Shown: positions 56,417 through 64,000 of the stretch, piece after piece
Layout of the letters: the number at the start of each line of letters is the position of its first letter
Position numbering within the stretch: position 1 is the stretch's first letter
DNA from: Demequina sp.
Lineage (GTDB): Bacteria > Actinomycetota > Actinomycetes > Actinomycetales > Demequinaceae
Assembly (NCBI RefSeq): GCF_049841215.1
Contig: NZ_JASGEO010000024.1
Coordinates: 73,322 to 137,321 of the forward strand
Direction of reading: 5' to 3'
DNA length: 64,000 bases
The notes under the pieces: model-generated
What the model was told of the DNA's origin: nothing
The model's database searches: none
The model's input: only the letters and a program-made list of their open reading frames with translations
Position numbers and translations under genes: made by a program

Positions 56417-57892
56417 CTAGAGCCCAAGCAGGTTCTGCAGAGCCGGCAGCGCGAAGTAGATCGCGAACGCGACCGCGCCTCCCCACATGAGGGGCTTGAC
56501 CTCCTTGGCCTTACCAGTGCACGCGCTCAGGACCACGTAGGCGATGAAGCCGATGCCGATGCCCGCCGCGATCGAGTAGCCGAAGGGCATGACGATGATC
56601 GTCAGGAATGCGGGCACCGCGATGCGGTAGTCGCGCCAGTCGATGTCCACTGCGGAACGCAGCATCATCAGGCCCACCAGCACCAATACGGGCGTCGCAG
56701 CCTCAAAGGGCACGATCTTTGCCACCGGCGCAAGGAGCACCGCTACAAGGAACGCGATGCCCGTGACAAGCGACGCGAGGCCCGTCCGAGCGCCGTCTCC
56801 GACACCGGAGGCGGACTCGATGTAGGCGGTGTTAGACGACACGGAGGCCGCACCGCCCGCCATGGCGCCAACGGAGTCCACAATGAGGATCGCTTGCGCA
56901 TTGTCTGGAATCCCGTCCTCGTCGTTGAGGTCAGCCTCTTCGCCCACTGCGGTCATCGTGCCAAGGGTGTCGAAGAAGTCGACAACCAACAGCGAGAAGA
57001 TGATCAGGAGGACGGTGATGACTGCAGGCCCCGAGGTGAACGCGCCAAATACGCTCACTTGGCCAATGAGGCTAAGGTCGGGCACGAATGACCAGTCCTG
57101 ACCCGTGAACGTGGGCACAACGAGCGCCCATCCACCTGGGTTCTCCGCGCTAGCTGCACCGAAACTCCAGATGAGCTCCGCGATGATGCCCACGGCCGTC
57201 ATGACCAGGATCGTGATCAGCAAAGCGCCGTGGACCTTGCGCGCGAGCAACACTCCGCCAAGAAGCACCCCGAGCACAAAGAGCAGAGTTGGGAACGTGT
57301 TGATCGCCCCGCCCTGACCAAACTGTCCGGGTGTGTCATCGTGACCGGGATCGTTCACCAGTTTCGAGTCCCAGAACGCGATGTAGGCAAGAAACAGGCC
57401 AATACCGGCCGCGATCGCCTTCTTGAGAGCCATGGGAACCGCGTGGAGGAACTTGATGCGCACCTTTGTCAGCACCAACAGGAGCACGATGGCACCTTCG
57501 ATGACGATCAGTCCCATCGCTTCAGGCCAGGTAAAGAGCCCGCTGCCGACGAGGCCGAACGTGACAAATGCGTTCAACCCGAGTCCCGCGGCGATGGCGA
57601 TGGGGAAGCGCGCCAAGGATCCCATCAGGATGGTGAGCACGCCGGCCACGAGCGCCGTTGTCGCTGCCACTGCGACGACGTTGGGGCCGTCTGGGCTTCC
57701 TCCGATGAAGTTCCCTTCCTTGTCAGGAACCTTGGACAGGATGATGGGGTTGAGGACCACGATGTACGCCATCGTGAAGAAGGTCGTGAGCCCACCGCGG
57801 ATCTCACGACCAGTCGAGGATCCCCTTGCGGAGATCCGGAAATAGCGGTCGAGTCCCGACGTGGGCTCGACCTTCTCCTGTGTTTCTGCCAT
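56417..57892 (-). CDS. NCS2-family purine permease (AzgA-type adenine/guanine/hypoxanthine)
   Basis: 491 aa ORF containing LDRYFRISARGSSTGREIRGGLTTFFTMAYIVVLNP, which is typical of this subfamily. Confidence 0.85.
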   Translation of the reverse strand: MAETQEKVEPTSGLDRYFRISARGSSTGREIRGGLTTFFTMAYIVVLNPIILSKVPDKEGNFIGGSPDGPNVVAVAATTALVAGVLTILMGSLARFPIAIAAGLGLNAFVTFGLVGSGLFTWPEAMGLIVIEGAIVLLLVLTKVRIKFLHAVPMALKKAIAAGIGLFLAYIAFWDSKLVNDPGHDDTPGQFGQGGAINTFPTLLFVLGVLLGGVLLARKVHGALLITILVMTAVGIIAELIWSFGAASAENPGGWALVVPTFTGQDWSFVPDLSLIGQVSVFGAFTSGPAVITVLLIIFSLLVVDFFDTLGTMTAVGEEADLNDEDGIPDNAQAILIVDSVGAMAGGAASVSSNTAYIESASGVGDGARTGLASLVTGIAFLVAVLLAPVAKIVPFEAATPVLVLVGLMMLRSAVDIDWRDYRIAVPAFLTIIVMPFGYSIAAGIGIGFIAYVVLSACTGKAKEVKPLMWGGAVAFAIYFALPALQNLLGL

Positions 57893-57955
57893 GCCGGAAT
57901 ACTGGCAGTAAACAGCGGGTTAACGCGCGCTCAGAGCGGCAACTCGCCGCAGAAT

Positions 57956-58387
57956 TTACGCACAGGTAACGATGGCCTGAGCCTTGCCTAGGACGCGAGT
58001 CCCATCAAACTCCACAATCACGTCAATTCGCGCCGTGTTGAGCTCTGGATCGAGCGCTCCGACCGTGGCCGTGATGGTGACCACGGCGGCGCCGGGATTG
58101 GGCACGGGGATGGGGCGGGTGAACCTTGTCTGGAAGTCCTGGACGTTGCCTGGGCCTGCCCACTCCTCCACCACGGAGGCCGCGGTTCCCATGGTCAGCA
58201 TGCCGTGCGCGATCACGCCGGGCAGCCCCACCTCGGTGGCGAAGACATCGTTGTAGTGGATGGGGTTGAAGTCTCCAGAGGCACCCGCGTAGCGCACCAA
58301 AGTGTCCCGCGTGAACTCCACGTCGCGTGTGGCGACCACCTGGCCAACCTCGAGCCCCTCAAAGGTGGGCAGGTTCTCGTCGCTCAT
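57956..58387 (-). CDS. MaoC-family (R)-hydratase/dehydratase, HadB-like
   Basis: 143 aa ORF with the hydratase-2 motif YAGASGDFNPIHYNDVFA. Confidence 0.85.
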   Translation of the reverse strand: MSDENLPTFEGLEVGQVVATRDVEFTRDTLVRYAGASGDFNPIHYNDVFATEVGLPGVIAHGMLTMGTAASVVEEWAGPGNVQDFQTRFTRPIPVPNPGAAVVTITATVGALDPELNTARIDVIVEFDGTRVLGKAQAIVTCA

Positions 58388-58833
58388 GCGTCTTCCCTCA
58401 CGGCCAGAGTCGAAATCACGGTCGAGACCGGGTTGCCGTCCGCGTCCTCGAGTTCCGCGCGCGTGGTCACCATGGAGATGCCCGCACGGGGTGGCGTGAT
58501 CTTGTCGATATGAACGGTCGTGGAGATCACGTCGCCTGCCACGATGGGCCGGTGATGAGTGAAGCGCTCATCGGCATGCACCACTCTTGAGAAGTCCACG
58601 CCCACCTCGGGGTCCACCACCACGTGGAACTCTGCGCGCTGCGCGATGATGACTGCGAACGTGGTGGGGGCCACGAGGTCGTCGTACCCTTCCGCGCGCG
58701 CGGCCTCAACGTTGAAGTGGGCGAACGAGTTGGCGTCCACGGCGTCCGCGAACTCGCGGATCTTCACGCGAGTCACCTCATACGGCTCGTGGGGGCCGTA
58801 TGCGCGGCCCACAGCTTCGGGGTTCACTGGCAC
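58384..58833 (-). CDS. MaoC-like dehydratase N-terminal-type subunit (HadA/HadC-like, UPF0336)
   Basis: 149 aa ORF with GTG start that overlaps the next gene by 4 nt. The rpmG-hadA-hadB-type synteny is known from Mycobacterium and Streptomyces. Confidence 0.75.
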   Translation of the reverse strand: MPVNPEAVGRAYGPHEPYEVTRVKIREFADAVDANSFAHFNVEAARAEGYDDLVAPTTFAVIIAQRAEFHVVVDPEVGVDFSRVVHADERFTHHRPIVAGDVISTTVHIDKITPPRAGISMVTTRAELEDADGNPVSTVISTLAVREDA

Positions 58834-58851
58834 GGTTCAACCCTACCCAAA

Positions 58852-58908
58852 CCCGGCCCGACGCTGTGGCCGGGTAGCGCACGGAAGCCAGCCGGGCCGT
58901 CGGGCAGG
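58852..58908. repeat. 57-nt direct repeat, copy 1 (contains an inverted pair of the 14-nt family)
   Basis: cccgGCCCGACGCTGTGGCCGGGTAGCGCACGGAAGCCAGCCGGGCCGTCGGGCagg. Confidence 0.85.
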
Positions 58909-59036
58909 AGCCCGCGGAAACGGACGGACCACGGTGAGCCGCGACCGTCAAAATCCGTGACCTCACGGAAACTGACGGTCACGCCTGCGTTGAATCCGCG
59001 GGGGCCCGTCCACCAGGACGCGACCGCCCTGGACTC

Positions 59037-59093
59037 CCCGGCCCCGCGCTGTGGCCGGGTAGCGTACGGAAGCCAGCCGGGCCGTCGGGCAGG
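59037..59093. repeat. 57-nt direct repeat, copy 2
   Basis: cccgGCCCCGCGCTGTGGCCGGGTAGCGTACGGAAGCCAGCCGGGCCGTCGGGCagg, which is 54 of 57 identical to copy 1. Confidence 0.85.
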
Positions 59094-59136
59094 GAAAACA
59101 CAAACGCCCGGCCCCCTGGGACAGGGAACCGGGCGT
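59094..59136 (-). terminator. intrinsic terminator after rpmG
   Basis: Minus-strand hairpin ACGCCCGGTTCCCTG..CAGGGGGCCGGGCGT, followed by TTGTGTTTTCC. Confidence 0.65.
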
Positions 59137-59151
59137 CTGAGAACAGCTAGA

Positions 59152-59316
59152 TCAGCGGGTCTCGCGGTGCGCCGTGTGCTTGCCGCACTTGGGGCAGAAC
59201 TTGTTCAGCTCCACACGGTCGGGGTTGTTACGACGGTTCTTGCGCGTGATGTAGTTGCGGTTCTTGCAGTCAACGCACGCGAGCGTGATCTTGGGACGAA
59301 CGTCATTCTTTGCCAT
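59152..59316 (-). CDS. rpmG: 50S ribosomal protein L33 (bL33), Zn-binding form
   Basis: The ORF-track frame extends to 59418 and would overlap tRNA-Met. The ATG at 59316 gives [54 protein letters not shown]. Confidence 0.92.
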   Translation of the reverse strand: MAKNDVRPKITLACVDCKNRNYITRKNRRNNPDRVELNKFCPKCGKHTAHRETR

Positions 59317-59385
59317 GTGGATTGCTCCTAGCCTTGTTGGGCACGCGCCCGCTTTAGCGCGTGATTGGGTGCCTTGTGCACCCCG

Positions 59386-59459
59386 TAGCGAGGGCGGGAC
59401 TTGAACCCGCGACCCCACGATTATGAGTCGTGTGCTCTAACCAACTGAGCTACCCCGCC
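59386..59459 (-). tRNA. tRNA-Met (anticodon CAT), elongator type
   Basis: Manual cloverleaf: acceptor stem GGCGGGG/CCTCGCT with two G-U pairs, anticodon loop CTCATAA, T-loop GGTTCAAGTCC. It lacks the initiator features. Confidence 0.8.
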
Positions 59460-59493
59460 GTGTGGTGCGGCCACTGTGATGACCGCCCAACCG

Positions 59494-59566
59494 AGCCCCA
59501 ACAGGGAATCGAACCCTGGACCTTTTCCTTACCATGGAAACGCTCTGCCGACTGAGCTATTGGGGC
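59494..59566 (-). tRNA. tRNA-Thr (anticodon GGT)
   Basis: Manual cloverleaf: acceptor stem GCCCCAA/TTGGGGC, anticodon loop ATGGTAA, T-loop GGTTCGATTCC. Confidence 0.85.
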
Positions 59567-59651
59567 AACGCCGGACAAGAATACACGGCCCGACGCTGGC
59601 GTGCGAAATCGCGTAGGCGCGGCTGTCAGTGGGGTTGGCTATGGTGGCGAC

Positions 59652-60908
59652 GTGACCCAGACACTTTCGGCCGCCGAGGCGCGGCGTGTGTTCTTGGCGG
59701 CGCAAGGGATGGCCTCGAAGCGCCCCGCCGGCAGGGTGCGTGACAGGCAGTTCGCGCAGTACCTCAACCGCCAAGGCGTGCTGCAGTTGGACTCCGTGAA
59801 TGTGTTTGCGCGAGCGCATCACATGCCGGTCTTCAGCCGCTACGGCCCCTACGACATCACGGCGCTTGACTCGTTCTTGTGGGGGCCTTCTGAGGGGCAT
59901 GGAGCGCACGGATTTGAGCATTGGGGGCACGAGGCGGCGGTGATGCCGCTGTCACTGCTGCCCGCGATGCTCCCGCGCATGAAGAGGCCGAGCGAGTGGG
60001 CAACGAGCACGCGCGAGCGCCTTGAGCGTGAACGCCCTGGACTCATTGACGCCGTGCTCGCGGCAGTGAACGAGCGCGGGCCGGTAGTTGCCAGCGACAT
60101 CGACCACTTGGCGCCGCGCGAGGGCCCCAAGGGAACGTGGTGGGACTACAGCCACGTGAAGTCGGCGCTTGAGTACCTGTTCTTCCGGGGAGACATCGCG
60201 GGCAGCAGGCGCGCCAACTTTGTGCGCACCTACGACTCTCTCGAGCGCGCGTGGGGCGAGCACGCCCTCGCGGCGCCCCCGCTCACTCTCACTGAGGGTC
60301 GCCAACTGTTCTTCGACCACGCGATCTCTGCGGTGGGGGTGGGCACCCCCAGAGACATCGCGGATCACTTCCGCCTGCTGTCGCCCAAGTCCCTTACTGC
60401 CGCGGGGCTCGGCCCGTTTGCCGAGTCCGCAGTGGAGCGCGGCCTCGCGTCGTGGGCGGAGGTGGAGGGCTGGGGCGAGCCGGCACTCCTGGCCGCGGGG
60501 GCGGAGCCGCCGGCGCGCGCCACCGCGCAGGCTCTGCTGAGCCCCTTCGATCCCGTGTGCTGGTTCCGCCCGCGGCTCGAGCGCATGTTCAGCGTGGACT
60601 ACCGCATCGAGATCTACACCCCAGCTCCCAAGCGCATCTGGGGCTACTACTGCCTGCTCTTCCTGATGGGAGACGACATCGTGGCTCGCGTGGACCTCAA
60701 GTCCGATCGCAAGGCAGGGGCGCTGATCGTCGCGTCGGCCTGGCGAGAGCCCACCACGGCTCTTGGGGCGAGGCGCAAACCAGATGCGGCGATCGCCCAA
60801 GCGCTCGCCGCGGAGCTCAGCCTGGCAGCAGCGTGGCAAGACCTCACCGACGTAGTGGTTGCAGGGCCCGGAGACCTCGCGCTCCACCTCGCGGCGGCGC
60901 TACAGTGA
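59652..60908 (+). CDS. YcaQ-family (AlkZ-like) winged-helix DNA glycosylase, DUF1006
   Basis: The ORF-track frame starts at 59601. The GTG at 59652 gives VTQTLSAAEARRVFLAAQGM. The segments LQLDSVNVFARAHHMPVFSRYGPY and LSPFDPVCWFRPRLERMFSVDYRIEIYTPAPKR closely parallel E. coli YcaQ as I recall it. Confidence 0.8.
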   Translation: MTQTLSAAEARRVFLAAQGMASKRPAGRVRDRQFAQYLNRQGVLQLDSVNVFARAHHMPVFSRYGPYDITALDSFLWGPSEGHGAHGFEHWGHEAAVMPLSLLPAMLPRMKRPSEWATSTRERLERERPGLIDAVLAAVNERGPVVASDIDHLAPREGPKGTWWDYSHVKSALEYLFFRGDIAGSRRANFVRTYDSLERAWGEHALAAPPLTLTEGRQLFFDHAISAVGVGTPRDIADHFRLLSPKSLTAAGLGPFAESAVERGLASWAEVEGWGEPALLAAGAEPPARATAQALLSPFDPVCWFRPRLERMFSVDYRIEIYTPAPKRIWGYYCLLFLMGDDIVARVDLKSDRKAGALIVASAWREPTTALGARRKPDAAIAQALAAELSLAAAWQDLTDVVVAGPGDLALHLAAALQ

Positions 60909-60953
60909 CGTAAGTGCGGCTCGACGGAGAGCCGCCTCACAAGGGGAGATGCC

Positions 60954-62393
60954 ATGCCGACCACCGCGGGGCCAGCCAAACTCAACAAGAGGGTCATCAC
61001 GATCACGATTGGTGCTGCTCTCGGCGGATTCCTCTTTGGTTTCGACTCCTCCGTCATCAACGGCGCGGTGAGTTCTCTGCAAGACGAGTGGGGTTTGAGT
61101 GAGGCCCTCAAGGGCTTCGCGGTGGCATCGGGGTTGCTTGGTTGCGCGGTAGGAGCGTGGTTCGCGGGCGCCCTCGCAGACCGCTGGGGCCGCATCCGGA
61201 TGATGGTCATCTCGGCCGTCATCTTCTTCGTCTCGGCAATCGGCTCAGGGCTAGCCGTTGGTGTCACCGACTTCATCCTGTGGCGCATCTTCGGCGGCCT
61301 CGCGATCGGTGCGGCGTCGATCATCGCTCCCGCCTACATCGCCGAGGTGGCCCCCGCCGCCTATCGCGGGCGATTGGGATCGCTGCAACAACTCGCGATC
61401 GTCCTCGGCATCTTCGCGGCGCTACTGAGTGACCAGATGCTGCAATCCGCTGCTGGCGGACCCGCAATCGAACTGTGGTGGGGCGTCGAGGCGTGGCGGT
61501 GGATGTTCATCGTTGGGGTAGTACCAGCGGTCGTCTATGGCTTCGCCGCGTGGCGATTGCCTGAGTCTCCCCGATACCTCGCCTCGCGAGGTCGCCGCGA
61601 AGACGCGGAGCGAGTTCTCACGGAGTACACGGGAGAGACCAACCCGAGCGCCAAGGTGGACCAGATTCTCGCCACGAGCGAGTCCGAGCGCGGACGCTTG
61701 AGCGACCTCCGGGGCTCGTCGTTTGGCCTCAAGCCGATCGTGTGGACGGGCATCATCCTCGCGGCGCTGCAGCAGTTCGTGGGGATCAACGTGATCTTCT
61801 ACTACTCCACCACGCTCTGGGAATCCGTCGGTTTCTCGTCCGACGATGCGTTCCTCACGTCCACAATCACGTCCGTCACCAACATCGTGGTCACAGTCGT
61901 GGCCATCCTGCTCGTGGACAAGATCGGCCGGCGGCGCCTGTTGCTCATCGGTTCGCTCGGCATGTTCGTCACACTCGCGCTGATGGCGGTTGCGTTCTCG
62001 ACGGCAACCCTCGTCGAGAACGCCGACGGCACGCAAACCGCAACGATGAGCGACACGTGGTCGCTGATCGCTTTCATCGGCGCGAATGGATTCGTGGTTT
62101 TCTTTGGTGCCACATGGGGCCCGGTGATGTGGGTGCTGCTCGGCGAGATGTTCCCCAACTCGATCCGCGCCGTGGCTCTCGCCGTTGCGGGCGCGTCCAA
62201 CTGGATCGCGAACTTCATCGTCACCATCACCTTCCCTTCGCTGTCCGCCTTCTCGCTGTCCGCCGCATACGGGCTTTACGCGTTGATGTCGCTGCTGTCC
62301 TTCTTGTTCGTGGTCCGACGCATCCGTGAAACTAAGGGCGTGGAGCTTGAGGCGATGACGGATACCGGCACAGTCCAACGGGTCACCGCCTAA
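60954..62393 (+). CDS. sugar-porter-family MFS transporter
   Basis: 479 aa ORF containing GGFLFGFDSSVINGA, ADRWGRIRMM and PESPRYL, which are characteristic of the family. Confidence 0.88.
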   Translation: MPTTAGPAKLNKRVITITIGAALGGFLFGFDSSVINGAVSSLQDEWGLSEALKGFAVASGLLGCAVGAWFAGALADRWGRIRMMVISAVIFFVSAIGSGLAVGVTDFILWRIFGGLAIGAASIIAPAYIAEVAPAAYRGRLGSLQQLAIVLGIFAALLSDQMLQSAAGGPAIELWWGVEAWRWMFIVGVVPAVVYGFAAWRLPESPRYLASRGRREDAERVLTEYTGETNPSAKVDQILATSESERGRLSDLRGSSFGLKPIVWTGIILAALQQFVGINVIFYYSTTLWESVGFSSDDAFLTSTITSVTNIVVTVVAILLVDKIGRRRLLLIGSLGMFVTLALMAVAFSTATLVENADGTQTATMSDTWSLIAFIGANGFVVFFGATWGPVMWVLLGEMFPNSIRAVALAVAGASNWIANFIVTITFPSLSAFSLSAAYGLYALMSLLSFLFVVRRIRETKGVELEAMTDTGTVQRVTA

Positions 62394-62397
62394 GCCG

Positions 62398-63780
62398 ATG
62401 GATTCAGCCGAACTGCAGCATGCAGCGCAACAGCACCTGTGGATGCACTTCACAGCACACTCACGGTTCGCGAGCGAGGACGTGCCCATCATCGTTCGCG
62501 GCGAGGGCGCGTACATCTTTGATGACAAGGGCCGCCGCTACCTCGACGGCCTCGCTGGGCTGTTCGTCAACCAGTTAGGGCACGGCCGCACGGACCTGGC
62601 CGACGCTGCGGCGGCTCAAGCGCGAGAGCTCGCCTTCCACCCCATTTGGTCCTACGCGCATCCGCGTGCGATCGAGTTGGCGGAGCGGCTCGCCTCGCTG
62701 GCCCCCGGCTCGCTCAACCGCGTGTTCTTCACGTCTGGCGGCGGCGAGGCGGTGGAGAGCGCGTGGAAGCTCGCCAAGAACTACTTCAAGCTGCAGGGAA
62801 AGCCCACCAAGCACAAGGTCATCAGCCGTGCCGTGGCGTATCACGGCACCCCGCATGGAGCGCTATCGATCACTGGGCTTCCCGCACTCAAGCAGCCCTT
62901 CGAACCCTTGGTGCCCTCCGCCTTCCGGGTGCCCAATACGAACCTGTACCGAGCGTCGGACGTCACGGCAGGGCTGCTAGACGGCAGCGACCCCGAGCGC
63001 TTTGGCCGCTGGGCCGCTGACCAGATCGCCCTCGCTATTGAACACGAGGGCCCAGAGACCGTTGCCGCGGTGTTCCTTGAGCCGGTACAGAACGCGGGCG
63101 GGTGCTTCCCGCCGCCGCCAGGGTATTGGCAGCGCGTGCGCGAGATCTGCGACACGTACGACGTGCTGCTCGTCAGCGACGAGGTGATCTGCGCGTACGG
63201 GCGCCTTGGCGAGATGTTCGGCGCCCTGCGGTACGACTACGTGCCCGACATCATCACGTCGGCAAAGGGCATGACCTCCGGGTACGCGCCCATGGGTGCG
63301 ATGATCGCAAAAGACGAGCTCATGGAGCCGTTCCTGCGCATGGGATCCGCGTTCCTGCACGGGTACACCTGGGGCGGGCACCCGGTGGGAGCGGCGGTGG
63401 CGCTCGCCAATCTCGAGGCGTTCGACCGCGAAGACGTGCTGGGGCACGTGCGCGAGAACGAGGGCGCGTTCCGCGCCACACTCGAGCGGCTCACGGACCT
63501 GCCGATCGTTGGCGATGTGCGCGGCGCGGGTTACTTCTACGGGATTGAACTGGTGGTGGACAAGGCCACGCGCCAAACACTCTCAGACGAGCAGTGCGAG
63601 CGCGTGCTCTACGGCTACCTGTCGAAGGCACTGTGGGACGCGGGCCTGTACTGCCGCGCCGACGACCGCGGCGACCCCGTGATTCAACTGTCTCCCCCAC
63701 TCATCGTGGGGCAAGCCGAGTTCGACGAGATGGAACGCATCCTCCGAGAGGTCCTCACCGAAGCCTGGGCGCGGCTCTAG
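62398..63780 (+). CDS. class III (omega/GabT-like) pyridoxal-phosphate aminotransferase
   Basis: 460 aa ORF containing FTSGGGEAVESAWKLA, LVSDEVICAYGRLG and TSAKGMTSGYAP (Lys). Confidence 0.88.
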   Translation: MDSAELQHAAQQHLWMHFTAHSRFASEDVPIIVRGEGAYIFDDKGRRYLDGLAGLFVNQLGHGRTDLADAAAAQARELAFHPIWSYAHPRAIELAERLASLAPGSLNRVFFTSGGGEAVESAWKLAKNYFKLQGKPTKHKVISRAVAYHGTPHGALSITGLPALKQPFEPLVPSAFRVPNTNLYRASDVTAGLLDGSDPERFGRWAADQIALAIEHEGPETVAAVFLEPVQNAGGCFPPPPGYWQRVREICDTYDVLLVSDEVICAYGRLGEMFGALRYDYVPDIITSAKGMTSGYAPMGAMIAKDELMEPFLRMGSAFLHGYTWGGHPVGAAVALANLEAFDREDVLGHVRENEGAFRATLERLTDLPIVGDVRGAGYFYGIELVVDKATRQTLSDEQCERVLYGYLSKALWDAGLYCRADDRGDPVIQLSPPLIVGQAEFDEMERILREVLTEAWARL

Positions 63781-63791
63781 TGCCACCCCGG

Positions 63792-63832
63792 CCACAGCGT
63801 CGGGCCGTGAAAGAGCCGGCCCGACGGAGTGG
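63792..63832. repeat. inverted pair of the 14-nt repeat family between convergent genes
   Basis: CCACAGCGTCGGGC, a 13-nt spacer, then GCCCGACGGAGTGG (12 of 14 complementary). Confidence 0.7.
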
Positions 63833-64000
63833 TCACCGAACGGCGAGCAACTTGCGTCGGCGCCGCGCACCCACCTCGCCGATGATCACGATCGCGAGCG
63901 CGATGATGAACATCAATGTGCCGATGACGTTGACCTGCATGGGCAGCGAGCGCTGCGCAGCACCCCACACGTACATGGGGAAGGTCACGGTCTGGCCGGA
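63833..64000 (-). CDS. ABC transporter permease C-terminal fragment (PotB/PotC-like); gene starts beyond the window end
   Basis: Manual minus-strand translation gives SGQTVTFPMYVWGAAQRSLPMQVNVIGTLMFIIALAIVIIGEVGARRRRKLLAVR followed by a stop. This is a typical C-terminal TM helix of binding-protein-dependent permeases. Confidence 0.55.
   Translation of the reverse strand, partial: SGQTVTFPMYVWGAAQRSLPMQVNVIGTLMFIIALAIVIIGEVGARRRRKLLAVR

Noticed and set aside
57893-57955. Possible purine riboswitch upstream of the NCS2 purine permease.
   Set aside because: Only about 63 nt separate the permease start from the preceding gene's stop, which is too short for an aptamer plus expression platform. 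No conserved purine-riboswitch core was seen.

Overview
High-GC actinobacterial-type chromosome segment, almost entirely core. It carries the ribosomal-protein/transcription-translation super-cluster, nearly all on the minus strand. Order by coordinate: dedA-like (partial), glmM-rpsI-rplM, truA-rplQ-rpoA-rpsK-rpsM-rpmJ-infA, two hypothetical genes, map-adk-secY plus the spc and S10 operons (rplO to rpsJ), two small membrane genes, tuf-fusA-rpsG-rpsL, a thioesterase, two plus-strand paralogous membrane-anchored genes, rpoC-rpoB, rplL-rplJ, a two-gene plus-strand glycosyltransferase/pyruvyltransferase operon, and rplA-rplK-nusG-secE-tRNA-Trp. Positions 42-64 kb are more variable. They hold a DUF559/AbiEi-like gene, a class-I aminotransferase, an ABC-2 transporter, a NarL-type two-component system, a MacB/FtsX-type ABC transporter, murB, MFS and LacI genes, a lower-GC secreted protein, an NCS2 purine permease, a HadAB-like dehydratase pair, rpmG, tRNA-Met, tRNA-Thr, a YcaQ-type DNA glycosylase, a sugar porter, a class-III aminotransferase and a partial ABC permease. 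I found no CRISPR array, transposase, integrase, prophage or recognisable multi-gene defence or biosynthetic system, and I do not claim a novel system. The unexplained structure is mostly non-coding. There is a strongly over-represented 14-nt intergenic repeat family, three ~100-nt palindromic elements with conserved termini (two of them bracket the DUF559 gene), and several other long inverted or direct repeats. A 24-nt block is shared by the str and S10 operon leaders. A few insertions and low-complexity extensions also sit inside otherwise conserved operons. Features not taken from the ORF track were counted by hand and may be off by 1-2 nt. All product calls rest on recalled family sequences and motifs, not on database searches.
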